Positions 27,608 to 32,000 of a stretch of 32,000 nucleotides of DNA are shown here, in pieces. The translations under genes were made by a program, and so were the position numbers. Each line of letters begins with the position of its first letter. Within the stretch, counting starts at the first letter, position 1. Source of the DNA: Candidatus Arthromitus sp. SFB-rat-Yit (GTDB lineage: Bacteria > Bacillota > Clostridia > Clostridiales > Clostridiaceae); assembly GCF_000283555.1 (NCBI RefSeq), contig NC_016012.1, forward strand, positions 1,260,001 to 1,292,000, given 5' to 3'. The notes under the pieces are model-generated. The model saw nothing but the letters and a program-made list of their open reading frames with translations. It made no database searches and was not told the origin of the DNA.

Positions 27608-29068
27608 TTATCCCTGTCTCTTTTTATCTTGGGTATTCATATACTTAGGCCTATCCTTAAACAAATAAAGAGGATATTTTACAAATATATCTTTAAAATC
27701 TCTTTTCCTCATATTAACAATAGGGGATAAATAAGGAATACCAAAGCTTTCTATTCTCAATAAATATGTAAGGAAAATGAATGTTCCTAAAATTATTCCA
27801 TAAAATCCCAAAATACCCGATATTACTATATACATTATTCTAAATAATCTAACAGATAACATAACCTCATAATTCGGTGACATAAATCCGCTTATTATAG
27901 TTAATGCAACAACAACTATCATGACAGGACTAACAAGTCCCGCACTCACTGCCGCCTGACCTATCACGATTCCCCCAACAATACCAATAGTTGATCCTAT
28001 AGCTTTTGGTAATCTAACAATTGCTTCAAGTAAAAACGCCAAAAATACCTCCATTATAACCGCTTCAAAAATTGGAGGAAATGCAATACCTTGACGAGAA
28101 CTTGCTATAGAATATGCGAGTTTTGCAGGAATAATAGATGTGTGAAAGCTAGTCACTGAAATATACAATGATGGAAGCACTAAAGATATAATAAGAGCGA
28201 AAAATCTTATAACTCTTGAAAAAGTACTATAAATCCATCTAAGATTATAGTCATCTGGAGTTTGAAACAAATTAGAAAAAGTTGATGGTGTTACGAGAAC
28301 AAAAGGAGAATTATCAACTATAATACAAACCTTACCTTCATAAATAGCTGATGATACAACCTCTGGTCTTTCTGTTGCTTGCACCTGTGGAAATATAGAC
28401 CACTTATCTTCTTCAATTAATTGCTCAATATATCCGCTATCTAATATTGCATCTATATTTATATCTTCTAATTTCTTTTTAACTCTCCTTAAAATATCTT
28501 CATTTACAATATCATCCATATAAACGATAGCTATATCAGTTTTAGATCTGACCCCTATCTTAGTTGTTTCTATTTTAAGTCTTGTATCTCTAATCCTTCT
28601 TCTTATAAGAGATGTATTCATTCTCGCGTTTTCTGTAAAACCATCCCTAGATCCGCGTATAACAGATTCACCAGATGGTTCACCAACTCCACGACTTGGA
28701 GAGGTTCTTGTTGCAATGATATAACATTCGCATTTTCCATCTATAAAAAGTAATGTTTCACCACATAACAAATCAATAATCGAATCTTTTAGATTAATAG
28801 ATTTTTTAATATCAGAAACAGTTAATAGGTCAAATAATTGTTTTTCGTTAAGATCAACCAATTTGTTATTATCTAAAAGCGTTTCCATAACAAAATTATT
28901 TATTAAGTTTTTATCTGATATCCCATCTATAAATACAAGTAAACACTTCTTATTCGATATTCTAAATTCTCTAAACACAATATCTGAATTATCTTTAAGC
29001 AATGTTTTCAAATAACTATTTATTTCGTTTACACTAAATGGAATTACTTCTTTAATTTTTTCTTCCAT
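27608..29068 (-). CDS. Germinant receptor A subunit (GerA/GerKA family)
   Basis: 486 aa. Soluble N-terminal domain followed by a C-terminal TM bundle. Family-typical stretches IRGSRDGFTE, NTSLIRRRIRD, PQVQATERPE. SD is GGGAGG. Confidence 0.9.
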   Translation of the reverse strand: MEEKIKEVIPFSVNEINSYLKTLLKDNSDIVFREFRISNKKCLLVFIDGISDKNLINNFVMETLLDNNKLVDLNEKQLFDLLTVSDIKKSINLKDSIIDLLCGETLLFIDGKCECYIIATRTSPSRGVGEPSGESVIRGSRDGFTENARMNTSLIRRRIRDTRLKIETTKIGVRSKTDIAIVYMDDIVNEDILRRVKKKLEDINIDAILDSGYIEQLIEEDKWSIFPQVQATERPEVVSSAIYEGKVCIIVDNSPFVLVTPSTFSNLFQTPDDYNLRWIYSTFSRVIRFFALIISLVLPSLYISVTSFHTSIIPAKLAYSIASSRQGIAFPPIFEAVIMEVFLAFLLEAIVRLPKAIGSTIGIVGGIVIGQAAVSAGLVSPVMIVVVALTIISGFMSPNYEVMLSVRLFRIMYIVISGILGFYGIILGTFIFLTYLLRIESFGIPYLSPIVNMRKRDFKDIFVKYPLYLFKDRPKYMNTQDKKRQG

Positions 29069-29078
29069 ATATACCTCC

Positions 29079-29267
29079 CTATTTAAAAATATTAATCATA
29101 AAAATGCATAAGCTTCCAAAAGAATAAACCCAAATCAAAATTTTACATATAAATCTATCATTTTTTCTTTCCCGTGAATCTCTTAATTCAACAAAAAATA
29201 ATATTCCAATAACAATTACCATTAACCAATAAAAATTTTTATTAAGATCATTAATTAAAGTCATCAT
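29079..29267 (-). CDS. Small two-TM membrane protein, first gene of the ger operon (possible germinant-receptor D-type subunit)
   Basis: 62 codons from the ATG at 29267, with a GGAAGGA SD 6 nt upstream. Two hydrophobic helices (FYWLMVIVIGILFFV and ICKILIWVYSFGSLCIFMINIF). It ends 10 nt before gerA. I do not recognise any family signature. Confidence 0.5.
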   Translation of the reverse strand: MMTLINDLNKNFYWLMVIVIGILFFVELRDSRERKNDRFICKILIWVYSFGSLCIFMINIFK

Positions 29268-29297
29268 ATTAATTCCTTCCAAACTAATTAATAATTT

Positions 29298-29326
29298 TAT
29301 TATTTACTATATTTTTGTAATTATGC
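29298..29326 (-). promoter_or_regulatory. Candidate sigma-G-type (forespore) promoter for the ger operon
   Basis: On the minus strand: GCATA (29326-29322), a 17-nt spacer, then AATAATA (29304-29298). Compared with the remembered sigma-G consensus GhATr-17/18-CATxhTA, there is one mismatch. Confidence 0.35.
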
Positions 29327-29364
29327 ACAAAAATAAGGTATGTAAATTAAACATCTACATACCT
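29326..29364 (-). terminator. Intrinsic terminator after ispE
   Basis: On the minus strand: AGGTATGTA, an 11-nt loop, TACATACCT, followed by TATTTTTGTG. It starts 2 nt after the ispE stop. Confidence 0.6.
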
Positions 29365-29366
29365 CT

Positions 29367-30227
29367 CTAATCATCAATGGTTTTTGTTAAAAAAACTTGA
29401 TCAAATTCTTTTTTAAATACATCATAAGAAGATTGAGCTAAATATAAGTTATCAAAAATTCCATAAACAGCCGATCCACTTCCAGTCATAGATGCATTTA
29501 TAGCACCACTATTTATTAATTTACACTTCAATTTTCGTATAACATCCATATTTTTCACATACGAATACTCTAATACATTTGAAATATTAGAACAAACATC
29601 ATAAAACTTATTATTATTAAAATAATCAATAATAATATTTTTATCTATATTATATTTTATATTATATAAATCAAAGTTATCGTAAACATCTTTAGTAGAA
29701 AACCCGAAATTAGGTTTTATAATCAAAATTATTTTATCTTTAAAAGAATTTAATTTTATTATCTTCTCCCCTATACCTTCACATAAAACACTTCCTCCCA
29801 AAATACAATAAGGAAAATCAGCACCCAACACAATACTTTCCCTACATAAAGTATCTACAGGAATATTTAGATCATATATAAAATTCAGGGCCTTTATTAT
29901 CTCAGCTCCATTACTTGTCCCTCCTCCAAGCCCTGCACAAATAGGTATATTTTTATGTATTTTAATATGTACTTTCCCATTCAATCTATATTTTCCCATA
30001 AACCATATACAAGCTTTATAACATAAATTCCTATGATCTATAGGTATTTGAGGATTATCACACTCAATTTCTATAGATACCCCCTGAAATTCTTTATCAA
30101 CTTTTAAATATATATCATCAAATAAATCAATCCTCTGAATTAACGTTTCAATATTATGGTATTCATCCTCTCTTTTACCTAAAATATTTAGGAAAATATT
30201 AATTTTGCCATAGCTCCTTAGTTTCAT
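29367..30227 (-). CDS. ispE: 4-diphosphocytidyl-2-C-methyl-D-erythritol kinase
   Basis: 286 aa. GKINIFLNILGKREDEYHNIETL, GHMP-kinase motif PICAGLGGGTSNGA, and C-terminal MTGSGSAVYGIF. Confidence 0.9.
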   Translation of the reverse strand: MKLRSYGKINIFLNILGKREDEYHNIETLIQRIDLFDDIYLKVDKEFQGVSIEIECDNPQIPIDHRNLCYKACIWFMGKYRLNGKVHIKIHKNIPICAGLGGGTSNGAEIIKALNFIYDLNIPVDTLCRESIVLGADFPYCILGGSVLCEGIGEKIIKLNSFKDKIILIIKPNFGFSTKDVYDNFDLYNIKYNIDKNIIIDYFNNNKFYDVCSNISNVLEYSYVKNMDVIRKLKCKLINSGAINASMTGSGSAVYGIFDNLYLAQSSYDVFKKEFDQVFLTKTIDD

Positions 30228-30280
30228 ATAACTCTCCTATTTATTATATAACTTATTAAATTATATAAAAAAGAATATTT

Positions 30281-30322
30281 AAAATCAAAAAATAAATCAG
30301 GGATACATTTAATTCCCTGATT
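30281..30322 (-). terminator. Intrinsic terminator after cphA
   Basis: On the minus strand: AATCAGGGA, a 10-nt loop, TCCCTGATT, followed by TATTTTTTGATTTT. Confidence 0.7.
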
Positions 30323-30326
30323 GTTT

Positions 30327-32000
30327 TCAAGCTAACCCCTCTTTAGGAGTTATATTTTGTTTATCCAAAATCACTTTATATAATTTATCATAATCTTCAT
30401 AAAACGCTACTATTAAATCACCTTGCTTAGCATTATCAATAGCTTCACTTAAAGCCTTCCCCTCATCAAGAATTATTTTAAAATTTTTATTATCCCCAAA
30501 ACCTTGACTAATGATATTTGCAACTTCACTTTCCTGTCTTCCACGTTTGTTACTATCTTCTTTTATATAAGAAAATTCCAAATGCTTAGAACAAAGTTTT
30601 CCAATTTCAAATCCAACGCTATCATTTCTATCCCCAGGTATCCCTATAACACCCGTAACTTTAGTATATCCCATATTTTTTATACTATTAAAAATAGCAT
30701 TAAACCCTTGAATATTGTGAGCATAGTCTAAAATAACCTTTACTCCCTTAATATCAAATTGATTAAATCTACCCTTATTGTGCTTATCATCACATTGAAA
30801 ACTCTTAAGACCTTTAGATATTATACAATAATCTATCTCAAGCCCGACTAGAGAGGCAGTTGCCGTAAGAACATTTTCTATATTATGTGTAAGTGCACCA
30901 TTAAAGGTAATTGGTATATCCTTTAAATCCGCAATGTGAAATATACGTCTATTCATCTCGACATAAATAGAATCATTCGATATGTATACTCCATAATTTC
31001 CTTTATCTAAATTTTCCCTTAAAAATTCATTATCCTTATCTTTTGAAAATACTATTAAATTACCCTTTGCTCTAGATGATATTTTCCTACACATTTCGTC
31101 ATCAGCATTTATTATAGAATATCCATCAGGTTTAACAGCTTCTATAACTAAAGATTTTACATGTGCTAGTTCTTCTAAGGTATTAACACCATCTATACCC
31201 AAATGATCTTCACTTATATTTGTAATTACTCCAACATCCGCTAGGTCATAAGCCAAACCATTTCTTATAATTCCCCCACGAGCAGTTTCTAATACTGCAA
31301 CATCAACATCTTTATTTAATAATATACTTCTTGCACTAAAAAAACCAGTCATATCTCCTTTAGCTATACACTGATCATTCAAAAAAACTCCACTAGTTGT
31401 AGTCATACCAACAGTGTATCCAAGACCCCTTAATGTATGGGACACAATTCTAGTTGTAGTTGTCTTACCATTAGTACCAGTTATTGCGATAACTGGTATA
31501 CTTTTAGGAGAATTTTTAAATAATGAAGAAACAATAACATTTGCTACATCCCTAGGTGTACCTTCACTTGGGTAATGATGCATCCTAATTCCCGGAGCAG
31601 CATTCACCTCAACTATAACTCCATTATCATATAAAGGTTTTGAAACATCCATGCAACAAAGATCTATACCACAAATATTAAGCCCTATTGCCTTAGCTGC
31701 TCTTATACAAATATCAATATTCTCTTTACAAATTTTATCTGTATAGTCTTCAGATGTTCCGCCCGTAGACAAATTTGAATTCTCTCTTAATACCAATTCC
31801 TTACCATCTTCTAAAATACTATCTAATTTATATCCACTCTTAGATATACAAAAAATCAACTCGTTGTCTATCTTAATTTTTGTAAGAGGTTTCTCATGCC
31901 CATCCCCCCTATTTACATCAGAATTTAAAACTTCTATTAAATCTTTAATAGTTGAAACCCCATCTCCTGTAACCATAGGTGGTTTCCTTTTAGATACTGC
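30327..32000 (-). CDS. cphA: Cyanophycin synthetase, C-terminal part (end of the ATP-grasp domain plus the Mur-ligase-like domain); the gene continues beyond the right edge
   Basis: The frame stays open to position 32000 (AVSKRKPP precedes the track's first M). EVNAAPGIRMHH (end of ATP-grasp), Mur-ligase P-loop ITGTNGKTTT, and DYAHNIQGF. Confidence 0.85.
   Translation of the reverse strand, partial: AVSKRKPPMVTGDGVSTIKDLIEVLNSDVNRGDGHEKPLTKIKIDNELIFCISKSGYKLDSILEDGKELVLRENSNLSTGGTSEDYTDKICKENIDICIRAAKAIGLNICGIDLCCMDVSKPLYDNGVIVEVNAAPGIRMHHYPSEGTPRDVANVIVSSLFKNSPKSIPVIAITGTNGKTTTTRIVSHTLRGLGYTVGMTTTSGVFLNDQCIAKGDMTGFFSARSILLNKDVDVAVLETARGGIIRNGLAYDLADVGVITNISEDHLGIDGVNTLEELAHVKSLVIEAVKPDGYSIINADDEMCRKISSRAKGNLIVFSKDKDNEFLRENLDKGNYGVYISNDSIYVEMNRRIFHIADLKDIPITFNGALTHNIENVLTATASLVGLEIDYCIISKGLKSFQCDDKHNKGRFNQFDIKGVKVILDYAHNIQGFNAIFNSIKNMGYTKVTGVIGIPGDRNDSVGFEIGKLCSKHLEFSYIKEDSNKRGRQESEVANIISQGFGDNKNFKIILDEGKALSEAIDNAKQGDLIVAFYEDYDKLYKVILDKQNITPKEGLA

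Overview
This window is very AT-rich, tightly packed and mostly transcribed on the minus strand. It looks like core chromosome from a spore-forming low-GC Firmicute, Clostridia-like. The divergent N/K/I-rich proteins and very short spacers suggest a reduced genome, but the species cannot be determined from the sequence alone.

Gene content, left to right:
- secA (5' end only), hpf, a raiA-motif-like structured RNA, comFC, a comFA-like gene, recD2
- nagA, convergent with metK
- a Thr-Tyr-Val-Thr tRNA operon
- the sporulation and cell-wall block spoIIID, spoIIQ, spoIID, murA
- mnaA and tagO
- upp, ywlE, tsaC(sua5), prfA, a DUF1385::prmC fusion, tdk
- rpmE, rho, pyrG
- a UgtP/MGDG-synthase-like glycosyltransferase
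- spoIIR
- a gerA-family germinant-receptor operon with an extra small membrane ORF
- ispE
- the 3' part of cyanophycin synthetase, which runs off the right edge

I found no transposase, integrase, phage gene, CRISPR array, toxin-antitoxin pair or recognisable defence gene. This is a housekeeping and sporulation region, not an accessory island, and I do not claim a novel multi-gene system.

The leads most worth a second look are:
1. A roughly 205-nt structured RNA between comFC and hpf, with its own consensus promoter.
2. An in-frame fusion of the uncharacterised membrane protein DUF1385 to the release-factor methyltransferase PrmC.
3. An intact ComFA-like ORF that has lost every ATPase motif.
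4. A fourth small two-TM ORF and a sigma-G-type promoter at the head of the ger operon.
5. A SpoIIQ whose LytM zinc ligands are substituted.
6. A Shine-Dalgarno/hairpin/AUG arrangement in front of rho.
7. Intrinsic terminators built from the last codons of genes.

All calls rest on reading the sequence and on remembered family motifs and synteny. No searches, HMMs or folding programs were run.
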